From positions 58,530,001-58,594,000 of the forward strand of contig CM059438.1 in NCBI GenBank assembly GCA_030390025.1: a stretch of DNA of 64,000 nt, written 5' to 3'. Made by a program: the position numbers and the translations under genes. How positions within the stretch are numbered: position 1 is the first letter of the stretch; the number at the start of each line of letters is the position of its first letter. The DNA comes from Squalus acanthias. Lineage: Eukaryota. A model generated the notes under the pieces. It was not told where the DNA came from. It searched no databases and saw nothing but the letters and a program-made list of their open reading frames with translations. Positions 41,021 through 54,300 of this stretch are shown here, in pieces.

Positions 41021-42816
41021 TGTGAGAGCGATCTCTCAATCCTACTGATCTCGGGTGAGGGATCTCTCAATCCTACTGATCTCGGGTGAGGGATCTCTCA
41101 ATCCCACTGATCTCGTGGGAGGGAGCTCTCATTCCCACTGATCTCGTGAGAGTGATCTCTCATTCCTACTGATCTCGTGCGAGGGATCTCTCATATCTAC
41201 TGATCTAGTGCGAGGGATCTCTCATTCGTACTGATCTCGGGTGAGGGATCTCTCATTCGTACTAATCTCGTGAGAGGGATCTCTCATTCCTACTGATCTA
41301 GTGAGAGGGATCTCTCAATCCTACCGATCTAGTGAGAGGGATCTCGTATTCCTACTGCTCTAGTGGGAGGGATCTCTCAATCCTACTGATCAAGTGAGAG
41401 GGATCTCTCATTCCTGATGATCTAGTGAGAGGGATCTCTCATTCCTGATGATCTAGTGAGAGGGATCTCTCATTCCTGATGATCTAGTGAGAGGGATCTC
41501 TCATTCCTGATGATCTAGTGAGAGGGATCTCTCATTCCTACTGATCTTGTGACAGGGATCACTCATTCCTACTGATATAGTGGGAGGGATCTCTCATTCC
41601 TACTGATCTAGTGAAAGGGATCTCTCATATCTACTGATCTAGTGAGAGGGATCTCTCATTCCTACTGATCTCGTGAGAGGGATCTCTCATTCCTACTGAT
41701 CTAGTGAGAGGGATCTCACATTCCTACTGATCTAGTGAGAGGGATCTCTCATTCCTACTGATCTAGTGAGAGAGATCTCTCATTCCTACTGATCTAGTGA
41801 GAGGGATCTCTCATTCCTACTGATCTAGTGAGAGGGATCTCTCATTCCTACTGATCTAGTGGGAGGATCTCTCATTCCTACTGATCTAGTGGGAGGGATC
41901 TGTCATTCCTACTGATCTAGTGGGAGGATCTCTCATTCCTACTGATCTAGTGAGAGGGATCTCTCATTCCTACTGATCTATTGGGAGGGATCTCTCATTC
42001 CGACTGATCTCGTGAGAGGGATCTCTCATTCCTACTGATCTAGTGGCGGGGGTCTCACATTCTTACTGATCTAGTGAGAGGGATCTCTCATTCCTACTGA
42101 TCTAGTGAGTGGGAAATTTCATTCCTACTGATCTCGTGAGAGGGATCTCACATTCCTACTGATCTAGTGAGAGGGGTCACTCATATCTACTGATCGCGTG
42201 AGAGGGATCTCTCAATCCTACTGATTTAGTGAGAGGGATCTCTCAATCCTACTGATCTTGGGGGAGGGATCTCATTCCTGATGATCTAGTGAGAGGGATC
42301 TCTCATTCCTACTGATCTTGTGACAGGGATCACTCATTCCTACTGATATAGTGGGAGGGATCTCTCATTCCTACTGATCTAGTGAAAGGGATCTCTCATA
42401 TCTACTGATCTAGTGAGAGGGATCTCTCATTCCTACTGATCTCGTGAGAGGGATCTCTCATTCCTACTGATCTAGTGAGAGGGATCTCTCATTCCTACTG
42501 ATCTAGTGAGAGGGATCTCTCATTCCTACTGATCTAGTGAGAGGGATCTCTCATTCCGACTGATCTCGTGAGAGGGATCTCTCATTCCTACTGATCTAGT
42601 GGGGGAGGGGGTCCCTCATTCTTACTGATCTAGTGAGAGGGATCTCTCATTCCTACTGATCTAGTGAGTGGGAAATTTCATTCCTACTGATCTCGTGAGA
42701 GGGATCTCACATTCCTACTGATCTAGTAAGAGGGGTCACTCATATCTACTGATCGCGTGAGAGGGATCTCTCAATCCTACTGATCTAGTGAGAGGGATCC
42801 CTCATTCCTGTTGATC
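41021..42816. repeat. 31-bp satellite, left block
   Basis: Monomer ATCTCTCATTCCTACTGATCTAGTGAGAGGG; period 31 (e.g. 41401 vs 41432). Confidence 0.96.
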
Positions 42817-45437
42817 AACAGATACAACAATTTTTAATTTTTATAGCGCCTTTAATGTAGTAAAACATCCCAAGGCACTTCACAGGAGCGATTATCAAAC
42901 AAAATTTGGCACCGATCCACATAAGGAGATATTAGGGCAGATGACCCAAAGCTTGGTTAAAGAGGTAGCTTTTAAGGAGCATCTTAAATGAGGAAAGAGA
43001 GGTGGCGAGGTTTAAAAAGGGAATTCCAGAGCTTCGGGCCCAGGCAGCTGAAGGCACAGTCGCCAATGGTGGAGCGATTAAAATCAGAGATGCTCAAGAG
43101 GCCAGAATTTGAGGTGCGTAGATATCTCGGAGGGTTGTGGGGCTGGAGGAGACAACAGAAATAGGGAGGGGCAAGGCCATGGAGGGATTTGAAAACAAGG
43201 ATGAGAATTTTAAAATTAAGGTGTTGCTTAACCAGGAGTCAAAATAGGTCAGCAAGCACAGGGTGAAGGGTGAACGGGACTTGGTGCGAGTTAGGACACG
43301 GGCAGCAGAGTTTTGGATGACCTCATGTTTACGTAGGGTAGAACATGGGAGGCCAGCCAGGAGTGGATTGGAATAGTCAAATCTAGAGGTAACAAAGGCA
43401 TGGATGAGGGTTTCAGCAGCAGATAAGCTGAGGCAGGGGCAGAGACGGGCGATGTTACGGAGGTGGAAATAGGCGGTCTCAGTGATGGCGCGGATATGTA
43501 GTCGGAAGCTTATCTTGGGGTCAAATATGATACCAAGGTTCCGAGCAGTCTGGTTCAGCCTCAGACAGTTGTCAGGGAGAGGGATGGAGTAGGAAGCTAG
43601 GAAACGGAGTTTGTGGCGGGGAATGAAGACAATGGCTTCGGTCTTCCCAATATTTAGTTGGAGGAAATTTCTGCTCGTCCAGTACTGGATGTTGGACAAT
43701 CAGTGTGACAAATCAGAGACAGTGGAGGGGTTGAGTGAGGTGGTGGTGAGGTCGAGTGAGGTTCTGGGGAGGTAGAGCTGGGTGCCGTCAGCGTACATGT
43801 GGAAACTGAGGCTGAGTTTTCGGATGATGTCGCCAAGGGACAGCATGTAGATGAGGAATAAGAGGGGCCAAGGATAGATCCTTGGGGGACGCCAGAGCTA
43901 ACAGTGTGGGAGTGGGAAGAGAAGCTACTGCAGGTGATTCTTTGGCTACGACTGGATAAATAGGAATAGAACCAGGCGAGTGCAGTCCCACCCAGCTGGA
44001 CGGCGGTGGAGAGGCGTTGGAGGAGGATGGTGTGGTCAACCATGTCAAATGCTGCAGACAGGTCGAGGAGGACGAGGAGGGATAGTTTACCTTTGTCACA
44101 GTCACAAAGGATGTCATTTGTGACTTTGATGAGAGTCGTTTCGGTACTGTGGCAGGGGCGAAAACCTGATTGGAGGGATTCAAACATGGAGTTCCGGGAA
44201 AGATGGGCACGGATTTGAGAGGCGACAACGGGCCAGAAATTCGGGTCTCCACGGGTGAGTACGCGTTGTGTACTCACCCGTAGACCCAACGAAAGAGCCA
44301 GTCTTGCGCATGCACTGCGCATGCGCTGGAAACCGAAACTTCCGTTCCCTTGAAGGAAGGGATTCGGAGGTCAAACGCGTGCGCCGGAGAGGCAGCGCGT
44401 ACGCATTGAACTTCCGCTTTTTTTTCAGGTTTCTCTGTGAGGGGAAGTCCCCAGCAGCTGCGCAGGGAAAAAGCAGGGGCAAGGCCTGCTTTTAACAAGG
44501 TAAGTGGTGAATTAAGTAAAATTAAAAAAAAAAAATCCACAGGTTTATCTTTTTTAAATACTTTAAAGGAAGGTAACTTTATTTTTAGCCCCGTTAAAAA
44601 CTGTAATTAACTTTTTCAAAAATTTAAATTTTTGTTTAAAATAGTTAATTTATGTAATTTATAGTTATTTTAAAAATGTGATTTTTTTTTTTTTAATTTA
44701 TTTGAAGTTTTAGTTAGGTTTTGGGGCCGATCTCTATTCATAGATTTGACAGGTCTTCCTGTCAAATCTATGAATGGAGATTCCCTGCTCCGATTGGCTC
44801 TCCATGGCCCACGTGATCCCAGAGGACGCTTCGAACTAACTGCGCCGCTGGGATACGCGAGCACTGCCCACCGGCAGCTGGAGGAGGCCCAGGATCGGAA
44901 TCCCACGCGGGCCCACAGCACAACGGCAGGCACGCTAGGTAAAGGCAGGTTGGGGGCTTGCACCCACGGGAAGCCTCCAACCCGAATTTCTGGCCCAACA
45001 TGTTCAAGGACTTTGGAGAGGAAAGGGAGGTTGGAGATGGGGCAGTAGTTTGCAAGCTCGGAGGGGTCAAGGAGACGGGGCCAGTACCTGAGGAGAGAGA
45101 ACCGTTAACAATATCAGCTAACATGGGAGCCAGGAATGGGAGTTGGGTGCTCAGCAGTTTACTGGGAATAGGGCTGAGGGAGCAGGAGGTGGGTCTCATG
45201 GACAAGATGAGCTCGAAGAGGGCATGAGGGGAGTTCAGGGAAAGGGCAGGGGGAACCTTTAGTGGAAGTTTGGCCCGGTGGTCTAGGGGAAGGGGGTGTA
45301 GAGGCAGAGGCGGCTGATCGCATGGTCTCAATCTGAGTGGCAAAGACGTCCATGAGCTCCTTGCACTTGTTGTTGGAGGTGAGGGTGGAGGAGGCAGGGG
45401 AGAGGGGTTTACGAAAATGATTTGCAGTGAGAGCGGT
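42817..45437 (-). mobile_element. 5'-truncated, frameshifted L2-clade LINE inserted in the 31-bp satellite (interrupted by a MITE)
   Basis: Minus-strand RT-like peptides: [51 protein letters not shown]...IHAFVTSRFDYSN. L2-type 3' tail (aaaggcgctataaa) at ~42840. Confidence 0.92.
44230..44996. mobile_element. Non-autonomous PIF/Harbinger-like MITE (767 bp) nested in the L2
   Basis: Perfect 17-bp TIR GGGCCAGAAATTCGGGT (44230-44246 / 44980-44996). 3-bp TSD AAC on both sides; removing the element restores the L2 peptide LSKVLEHVVASQIRAHL. Superfamily inferred from the 3-bp TSD and GGG termini. Confidence 0.88.
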
Positions 45438-48400
45438 CACTCATTCTTACCGAACTAGTGAAAGGGATCTCTCATTCCTACTGATTTAGTGAGAGGGATC
45501 TCTCATTCCTACTGATCTAGTGGGAGGGATCTCTCATTCCTACTGATCTAGTGGGACGGATCTCACATTCCTACTGATCTAGTGAGAGGGATCTCTCATT
45601 CCTACTGATCTAGTGGGAGGGATCTCACATTCCTACTGATCTAGTGAGAGGGATCTCTCATTCCTACTGATCTAGTGAGAGAGACCTCTCATTCCTACTG
45701 AACTCAGAAGAGGGATCTCTCATTCCTACTGATCTAGTGAGAGGGATCTCTCATTCCTACTGATCTAGTGGGAGGAATCTTTCATTCCTACTGATCTCAT
45801 GAGAGGGATCTCTCATTCCTACTTATCTAGTGGGAGAGATCCCTCATTCCTACTGATCTGCTGAAAGGGATCTCTCATTCCTATTGATCTCCTGACAGGG
45901 ATCTCTCATTCCTACTGATCTAGTGGTAGGATCCCTCATTCCTACTGATCTAGCAGGAGGGATCTCTCATTCCTACTGATCTAGCGAGAGGGATCTCTCA
46001 TACCTACTGATCTAGTGAAAGGGATCTCTCATTCCTACTGATATAGTGGGAGGGATCTCTGATTCCTACTGATCTTGTGAGATGGATCTCTCATTCCTAC
46101 TGAGCTAGTGGGAGTGATCCCTCATTCCTAATGATCTATTGGGAGGAATCCCCAATTCCTGATGATCTAGTGGGAGGGCTCACTCATTCCTGATGATCTT
46201 GTGGGATGGATCTCTCATTCCTCCTGATTTAGTGAAAGGGATCTCTCATTCCTAAGTGGGAGGGATCTCGCATTCCTACTGATCTAGTGGGAGTGATCTC
46301 TCATTCCTACTGATCTATTGGGAGGGATCTCTCATTCCTACTGACCTAGTGTGATGGATCTCTCATTCCTACTGATCTACTGGGAGGGTTCTCCAATTCC
46401 TGATGATCTAGTGGGAGGGCTCTATCAATCCTATTGATCTCGTGAGAGGGATCACTCATTCCTACTGATCACGTGAGAGGGATCTCTCAATCCTATTGAT
46501 CTCGTGAGAGGGATCTCTCATTCCTACTGATCTAGTGAGAGGGAAATCTCATTCCTACTGATCAAGTGAGAGGGATCTCTCATTTCTACTGATCACGTGA
46601 GAGGGATCTCTCATTCCTACTGATCTCGTGAGAGGGATCTCTCATTCATACTCATCTAGTGGAAGGGATCTCTCATTCCTACTGATCTAGTGAGAGGGAT
46701 CTCTCATTCCTACAGATCTTGTGAAAGGGATCTCTCATTCCTACTGATCTAGTGGGAGGGATGTCTCATTCTACTGATCTCGTGAAAGGGATCTCTCATT
46801 CCTACTGATCTAGTGGGAGGGATATCTCATTCCTACTGATCTAGTGGGAGGGATCTCTCATTCCTACTGATCTTGTGGGAGGGATCTCTCATTCCTACTG
46901 ATCTAGTGAGAGGAATCTCTCATTCCTACTGATCTAGTGGGAGGGATATCTCATTCCTACTGATCTAGTGAGAGGGATCTTCATTCCTACTGATCTAGTG
47001 GGAGGGATATCTCATTCCTACTGATCTAGTGAGAGGGATCTTTCAATCCTACCGATCTAGTGGGAGGGATCTCTCATTCCTACTGATCTTGTGAGAGGGA
47101 AATCTCATTCCTACTGATCAAGTGAGAGGGATCTCTCATATCTACTGATCTAGTGGGGGGATCTCTCATATCTACTGATCTAGTGAGAGGGATCTCTCAT
47201 TCCTACTGATCTAGTGAGAGGGATCTCTCATATCTACTGATCTAGTGAGAGGGATCTCTCATTTGTACTGTTCTCGTGAGAGGGATCTCTCATATCTGCT
47301 GATCTAGTGAGAGGGATCTCTCATTCCTACTGATCTAGTGAGAGGGATCTCTCATATCTACTAATCTAGTGAAAGGGATCTCTCATATCTACTGATCTAG
47401 TGAGAGGGATCTCTCATTCCTACTGATCCAGTGAACGGGATCTTTCATTCCTGCTGATCTAGTGAGAGGGATCTCTCATTCCTACTGATCTCGTGAAAGG
47501 GATCTCTCATTCCTACTGATCTAGTGGGAGGGATCTCTCATTCCTACTGATCTAGTGATCACTCATTCCTACTGATTTAGTGAGAGGGATCTCTCATTCC
47601 TACTGATCTCGTGAAAGGGATCTCTCATTCCTACTGATCTAGTGGGAGGGATCTCTCATTCCTACTGATCTAGTGGGAGGGATCTCTCATTCCTACTGAT
47701 CTAGTGATCACTCATTCCTACTGATTTAGTGAGAGGGATCTCTCATTCCTACTGATCTCGTGAAAGGGATCTCTCATTCCTACTGATCTAGTGGGAGGGA
47801 TCTCTCATTCCTACTGATCTAGTGATCACTCATTCCTACTGATTTAGTGAGAGGAATCTCTCATTCCTACTGATCTCGTGAGAGGGATCTCTCTTTCCAA
47901 CTGATCTAATGAGAGGGATCTCTCATTCCTACTGATCTAGTGGGAGGGATCTCTTATTCCTACTGATTTAGTGAGAGGAATCTCTCATTCCTACTGATCT
48001 CGTGAGAGGGATCTCTCTTTCCAACTGATCTAATGAGAGTGATCTTTCATTCCTACTGATCTAGTGGGAGGGTCTCTCATTCCTACTGATCTTGTGAGAG
48101 GGATCTCTCATTCCAACTGATCTAATGAGAGGGATCTCTCATTCCTACTGATCTAGTGGGAGGATCTCTCATTCCTACTGATCTAGTGGGAGGGATCTCT
48201 CTTTCCAACTGATCTAATGAGAGGGATCTCTCATTCCTACTGATCTAGTGGGAGGATCTCTCATTCCTACTGATCTAGTGGGAGGGATCTCTCTTTCCAA
48301 CTGATCTAGTGGGAGGGATCTCTTATTCCTACTGATCTAGTGGGAGGATCTCTCATTCCTACTGATCTAGTGGGAGGGATCTCTCTTTCCAACTGATCTA

Positions 48401-48697
48401 GTGCGAGGGATCTCTCATTCCTACTGATCTAGTGGGAGGATCTCTCATTCCTACTGATCTAGTGGGAGGGATCTCTCATTCCTACTGATCTAGTGGGAGG
48501 GATCTCTCATTCTTTCTGATCTAGTGGGACGGATCTCACATTCCTACTGATCTAGTGGGAGTGACTCTCTCATTCTTACTGATTTAGTGGGAGTGATCTC
48601 TTATTCTCATTGATCTATTGGGAAGGATCTCTCATTCCTACTGCTCTCGTGAGATGGATCTCTCATTCCTACTGATCTAGTGGGAGGGGTCTCTCAT
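45428..48697. repeat. 31-bp satellite, right block
   Basis: Same monomer and orientation as 41021-42816; ~105 copies with local higher-order variants. Confidence 0.96.
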
Positions 48698-48710
48698 TCA
48701 TGATGATATA

Positions 48711-49310
48711 GTTTTTTTTAATTCATTCACGACCTGTGGGTGTCGCTGGCAAGACCAGCATTTATTGCCCATCCCTAATTGCCCTTGAGAAAGTGGTGGT
48801 GAGCCGCCTTCTTGAACCGCTGCAGTCCGTGTGGTGAAGGTACTCCCACAGTGCTGTTCGGGAGGGAGTTCCAGGATTGTGACCCAGTGACGATGAAGGA
48901 ACGGTGATATATTTCCAAGTCCGGATGGTGTGTGACTAGGAGGGGAACCTGGAGGTGGTAGTGTTCCCATGCTCCTGTTGCCCATGTCCTTCTAGCTGGT
49001 AGAGGACATGGGTTTGGGAGATGCTGTCAAAGAAGCCGAGATGCTGTCAAAGAAGCCTTGGCGAGTTGCTACAGTGCATCTTGTAGATGGTACACACTGC
49101 AGCCAATTGCACCGGCGGCGGAGGGAGTGAATGTTTAAGGTGATGGATGGGCTGCCAATCAAGCGGGCTGCTTTGTCCTGGATGGTGTCGAACCTCTTGA
49201 GTGTTGATGGAGCTGCACTCATCCAGGCAAGTGGAGAGTATTCCATCACACTCCTGCCTTGTGCCTTGTAGATGGTGGAAAGGCTTTGGGGAGTCAGGAG
49301 GTGAGTCACC
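48711..49310 (-). mobile_element. 3' fragment of a CR1-group non-LTR retrotransposon (clade uncertain)
   Basis: Minus-strand peptide LLTPQSLSTIYKAQGRSVMEYSPLAW...IQDKAARLIG (RT C-terminal-like); 3' UTR ending in an A-run; internal 20-bp tandem duplication at 49018-49057. Confidence 0.75.
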
Positions 49311-49730
49311 CCCCACACTCCCCGCCCATACTCATGCCGTCTACACTCTACCTGCTCTCCGCACTGTCCCCAGACCTCCTTCCTGTTGTGACGTAACTGC
49401 ATTATTCTGTTATCATTGCTATGCTCACTGTGTTCTTTTGCTAAAATGTTCATTAAAGGGGCACTGTTCTCATGAAAAAGTGTCTGGCAAAACATTTTCT
49501 ATTGGCTTAAAACATAGTGTAATGGTGTGCATTGAACTGAAAAACATCTTCACATCACTGGTATCTGCGACCATGTTAATGTTACACAGCTCTTCCTTTT
49601 CCTGATGTAATGCCTCTTTAAATGATTGTCATGCAACGTCAATCGGGTCAAGAACACAGCGACTGCACTACCAGCACAGTCCTATAGGTGTAGCACTGTA
49701 CAATTCATTCAAATAACAGAAACACCACCA

Positions 49731-50016
49731 GTAGGAACACAGGAACAGGAGGAGGCCGTTCAGCCGCTTGGGCCTCTTCTGCGATTCAATTAGATCATAG
49801 CTGTTCTGTACCTCAACTCCATTTACCCACCATAGCTTCATATCCCCCGATACCCTTGGCTGGCAAAAATGGATCGATCTTGAAAGCTCCAATTGTCGCC
49901 CAGCATCCACAGCCTTTTGAGGGAAAGAGTTCCAGATTTCCACTACCCTTTGTGTAAAAAAGTGCTTCCTGATTTCGCTCTTGAACGGCCTGGCTCTCAT
50001 TTTAAGATTGTGCCCC
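49731..50016 (-). mobile_element. CR1 LINE 3' fragment
   Basis: GHNLKMRARPFKSEIRKHFFTQRVVEIWNSFP, typical of the CR1 ORF2 C-terminus, plus CR1-type 3' UTR. Confidence 0.85.
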
Positions 50017-50351
50017 ATTTTTTCTGAGGAAACTGTAAGGACTAAATTTGTTTTGGGTGTTTCCGGAGAGGCCTGAGACTGAACAGAAATTGGACCTCGG
50101 GCCTCAATGTAATAATCGGGTGCCTGTCGCACCTCTGGAGGCAGCTCACTGTGTGGCCAGAGGGAATGCGAGCCTCTCTGGCAGTGACCCTCAGGTTAAG
50201 ACCTAGGGGGAGGAGAAGGAGATGGGGGAGTGGGTTAGACCACAGCAAGCTCCTAAAAAACTCAGCACTGGCAGCTTTCTCCCAGGGGACAGCCATTAGG
50301 CCCACATTCACATTTCAAGAGGCCCAACGCCTGTTTTAGGCAGCTGTTGAG

Positions 50352-51922
50352 TAGGGTTGCCAACCCGCCAGGATTCATAGATGCATAGAATCATCATAGA
50401 AATTTACAGCACAGAAGGAGGCCATTCGGCCCATCTTGTCCGTGCCGGCCAACAAAGAGCTATCCAGCCTAATCCCACTTCCCAGCTCTTGGTCCGTAGC
50501 CTTGTAGGTTACGGCACTTCAAGTGCATATCCAAGTACTTTTTAAATGTGATGAGGGTTTCTGCCTCTACCACCCTTTCAGGCAGTGAGTTCCAGACCCC
50601 CACCACCCTCTGGGTGAAAAGAATTCTCCTCAACTCCCCTCTAATCCTTCTACCAATTACTTTAAATCTATGCCCCCTGGTTATTGACCCTTCTGCTAAT
50701 GGAAATAGGTCCTTCCTATCCACCATATCTAGGCCCCTCATAATTTTATACACCTCAATTAAATCTCCCCTCAGCCTCCTCTGTTCCGAAGAAAACAACT
50801 CCAGCCTATCCAATCTTTCCTCATAGCTAAAATTCCCCAGCCCAGGCAACATCCTCGTAAATCTCCTCTGTACCCTCTTTAGTGCAATCACATCTTTCCT
50901 GTCATGTGCTGACCAGAACTGTACACAGTATTCTAGCTGAGGCCTAACTAGTGTTTTATACAGTTCAAGAATAACCTCGCTGCTCTTATATTCTATGCCT
51001 CAACTAATAAAGGAAAGTCTCCCGTATGCCTTCTTAGCCGCCTTATCTACCTGCCCTGCTACTTTCAGTGACCTGTGGACCTGCACTCCAAGGTCCCTCT
51101 GTTCCTCTACACTTCTCAGTATCCTACCATTTAATGTGTATTCCCTTGCCTTGTTAGCCCTCCCCAAATGCATTACCTCACACTTCTCCAGATTGAATCC
51201 CATTTGCCAGTATTCTGCCCACCTGACCAGTCCATTGATATTTTCCTGCATTCTACAGCTTTCTTCCTCACTATCAACCACACGGCCAACTTTTGTATCA
51301 TCTGCAAACTTCTTAATCATGCCCCTTATATTGAAGTCTAAATCATTGATATATACCACAAAAAGCAAGGGACCTAGTACTGAGCCCTGCGGAACCCCAC
51401 TGGAAACAGCCTTCCAGTCACAAAAACACCCATCGACCGTTACCCTTTGCTTCCTGCCACTGAGCCAATTTTGGATCCAACTTGCCACTTTCCCTTGGAT
51501 CCCATGGGCTTTTACTTTTCTGACCAGTCTGCCATGTGGGACCTTGTCAAAGGCCTTGCTAAAATCCATGTAGACTGCATCAAACGCGCTACCCTCATCG
51601 ACCTTCCTTGTTACCTCCTCAGAAAATTCAATCAAGTTAGTCAGACACGAGCTTCCCTTAACAAATCCGTGCTGGCTGTCCCTGGAGTCTCCAGGAATTA
51701 AAGATTCATCACCTGGGCACTGATGTAAGCAACCTAGGAGAAAAATCATCGGGGCATTAAAAGAGATAGTGTTTCTTTCATTCTGATTGAACACGTTTGT
51801 TTATTAGTTATGAAAGTATTGGAGATGGGGAATAAAGGCTGTTTGTCCGGATGGGTTAGGTGGCGGTAGGAGGTCATGTGATGAAACCTCCAGGACTACG
51901 TACAACCAGAGTTGGCAACACT
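50352..51922. mobile_element. Short hAT-like MITE split by a CR1 insertion (pieces ~50352-50375 and ~51680-51922)
   Basis: TAGGGTTGCCAAC at 50352 and inverted GTTGGCAACACT at 51911-51922 (one mismatch); no TSD recognisable. Confidence 0.55.
50376..51679 (-). mobile_element. 5'-truncated CR1 LINE (RT domain to 3' tail)
   Basis: SQHGFVKGSSCLTNL, YMDFSKAFDKVPH, GVPQGSVLGPLLF, KFADDTK, FTQRVVGVWNSLP; catagaa-type tail repeats at ~50376-50400. Confidence 0.94.
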
Positions 51923-52072
51923 CCCACCAGGGGCACCTAAAAAAAGGCACTGATAAATTTTAGCAGTCGACCAAACGCGTGTGCAGATTGGGTGCAGACT
52001 TGCTGCTAAATTGGTCCTCGTGTGTCTGTTTTACTCCCGCAGAACTGGGGCAACCACGTGGAATTTCAACTA

Positions 52073-52400
52073 GAACAACTTGCATATATATAGCGCCTTT
52101 AATGTAGTAAAACATCCCAAGGCACTTCACAGGGGCGTTATCAGACACAATTTGACGCCGAGCCACAGAAGGAGATATTAGGGCTGATGACCTAAAGCTT
52201 AGTCAAAGAGGTAGGTTTTAAGGAGCATCTTAGAGGAGGGAAGAGAGGTAGAGAGGCGGAGAGGTTTAGGCAGGGAATTCCAGAGCTTGGGGCCTCAGCA
52301 GCTGAAGGCCAGGCCACCAATGGTGGAGCGATTAAAGTCGGGGTGCACAAGAGGCCAGAATTGGAGGAGCGCAAAGATCTCGGAGGGTCGTAGGGCTGGA
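52073..52400 (-). mobile_element. L2 3'-end fragment
   Basis: Aligns by eye to 42830-43150 of the longer L2 copy. Confidence 0.88.
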
Positions 52401-53429
52401 GGACGTTACAGAGATCTCGGAGGGTTGTAGGGCTGGAGGACGTTACAGAGATCTCGGAGGGTTGTAGGGCTGGAGGACGTTACAGAGATCTCGGAGGGTT
52501 GTAGGGCTGGAGGACGTTACAGAGATCTCGGAGGGTTGTAGGGCTGGAGGACGTTACAGAGATCTCGGAGGGTTGTAGGGCTGGAGGAAGTTACAGAGAT
52601 CTCGGAGGGTTGTAGGGCTGGAGGACGTTACAGAGATCTCGGAGGGTTGTAGGGCTGGAGGACGTTACAGAGATCTCGGAGGGTTGTAGGGCTGGAGGAC
52701 GTTATAGAGATCTCGGAGGGTTGTAGGGCTGGAGGAAGTTACAGAAATCTCGGAGGGTTGTAGGGCTGGAGGACGTTACAGAGATCTCGGAGGGTCATAG
52801 GGCTGGAGGAAGTTACAGAGATCTCGGAGGGTTGTAGGGCTGGAGGAAGTTACAGAGATCTCGGAGGGTTGTAGGGCTGGAGGACGTTACAGAGATCTCG
52901 GAGGGTTGTAGGGCTGGAGGACGTTACAGAGATCTCGGAGGGTCGTAGGGCTGGAGGAAGTTACAGAGATCTCGGAGGGTTGTAGGGCTGGAGGACGTTA
53001 CAGAGATCTCGGAGGGTTGTAGGGCTGGAGGACGTTACAGAGATCTCGGAGGGTCGTAGGGCTGGAGGAAGTTACAGAGATCTCGGAGGGTTGTAGGGCT
53101 GGAGGAAGTTACAGAGATCTCGGAGGGTTGTAGGGCTGGAGGAAGTTACAGAGATCTCGGAGGGTTGTAGGGCTGGAGGACGTTACAGAGATCTCGGAGG
53201 GTTGTAGGGCTGGAGGACGTTAGAGATCTCGGAGGGTTGTAGGGCTGGAGGACGTTACAGAGATCTCGGAGGGTCATAGGGCTGGAGGAGGTTACAGAGA
53301 TCTCGGAGGGTTGTAGGGCTGGAGGAGGTTAGAGATCTCGGAGGGTTGTAGGGCTGGAGGAAGTTACAGAGATCTCGGAGGGTTGTAGGGCTGGAGGAAG
53401 TTACAGAAATCTCGGAGGGTTGTCGGGCT
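52376..53429. repeat. 37-bp L2-derived minisatellite, ~28 copies
   Basis: Unit GAGATCTCGGAGGGTTGTAGGGCTGGAGGACGTTACA (52411 vs 52448); matches L2 sequence at ~43120-43158. Confidence 0.93.
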
Positions 53430-53820
53430 TCTCCCCCAGTTTCTCTGTATCTACTTTATTGAATCCCTCTATCATTTTAACACCCCAAGTAGCTCTCCCC
53501 TCAGTCTTCTAAATTCAAATAAAATCTCAATACAAACCAAGTTTATGTAACCTGTCCTCATAATTTAACCCTTTCAGCCAGATAGGGTTTCAAAACATGA
53601 AAATGGTTAATAAGATAACAAATTACAGCACAGAAGGAGGGTTTTCAAACCATCTTGTCTGTGCCAGTGCAAACTGTACCCTGAGATCTAGATCTATGCA
53701 TTTGCACCCCTAGATCTAGCTTTAAGTATCTGCACCCCTAGAGCTAGCCATGATCTGATTGAATGGCGGAACATGCAGAAAGGGCTGAATGTCCTACTCC
53801 TATTCCTATGTTCTATATCC
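53430..53820. mobile_element. Old CR1 remnants in both orientations
   Basis: 53430-53582 resembles the CR1 RT C-terminus on minus; CR1-like 3' tails at ~53620 (minus) and ~53750-53818 (plus). Confidence 0.55.
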
Positions 53821-53980
53821 TGCTGCCAGCTAGATGAAGGGTAGTGACCAGTGATAGGGAACTGTCCTCCCTGATTTACTGCAGTGTAATCTCTTCTGCC
53901 GACAGTAATTCGAGGCTCATGTCCCAATATCCGTTCATTCTGTAGAAGTGTATCTAGTTACCTCTCCACCCGACTTGCTT

Positions 53981-54300
53981 CAACAACAACTTATATTTAT
54001 ATAGCACCTTTAACATAGTAAAACGTCCCAAGGTGATTCACAGGAGCGTTATCAAAATTTTTGACACAGAGCCACATAAGGAGGTATTAGGACAGATGAC
54101 CTAAAGCTTGGTCAAAGAGGTAGGTCTTAAGGAGCGTCTTAAAGGAGGAAAGAGCGGGAGAGAGGTGGAGAGGTTTAGGGATGAAATTCCAGAGCTTTGG
54201 GCCTTGGCAGCTGAAGGCACGGCTGCCAATGGTGGAGTCATTAAAATTGGGGATGCACAAGAGGCCAGAATTGGAGGAGCACAGATATCTCGAAGGGTTA
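53981..54300 (-). mobile_element. L2 3' segment of a 5'-inverted insertion
   Basis: (CAA)n tail at 53981 followed by L2 3' UTR matching 42830-43138. Confidence 0.88.

Noticed and set aside
41021..48697. CRISPR-like 31-bp partially palindromic repeats
   Set aside because: Units are head-to-tail with no unique spacers; no cas genes; eukaryotic context.
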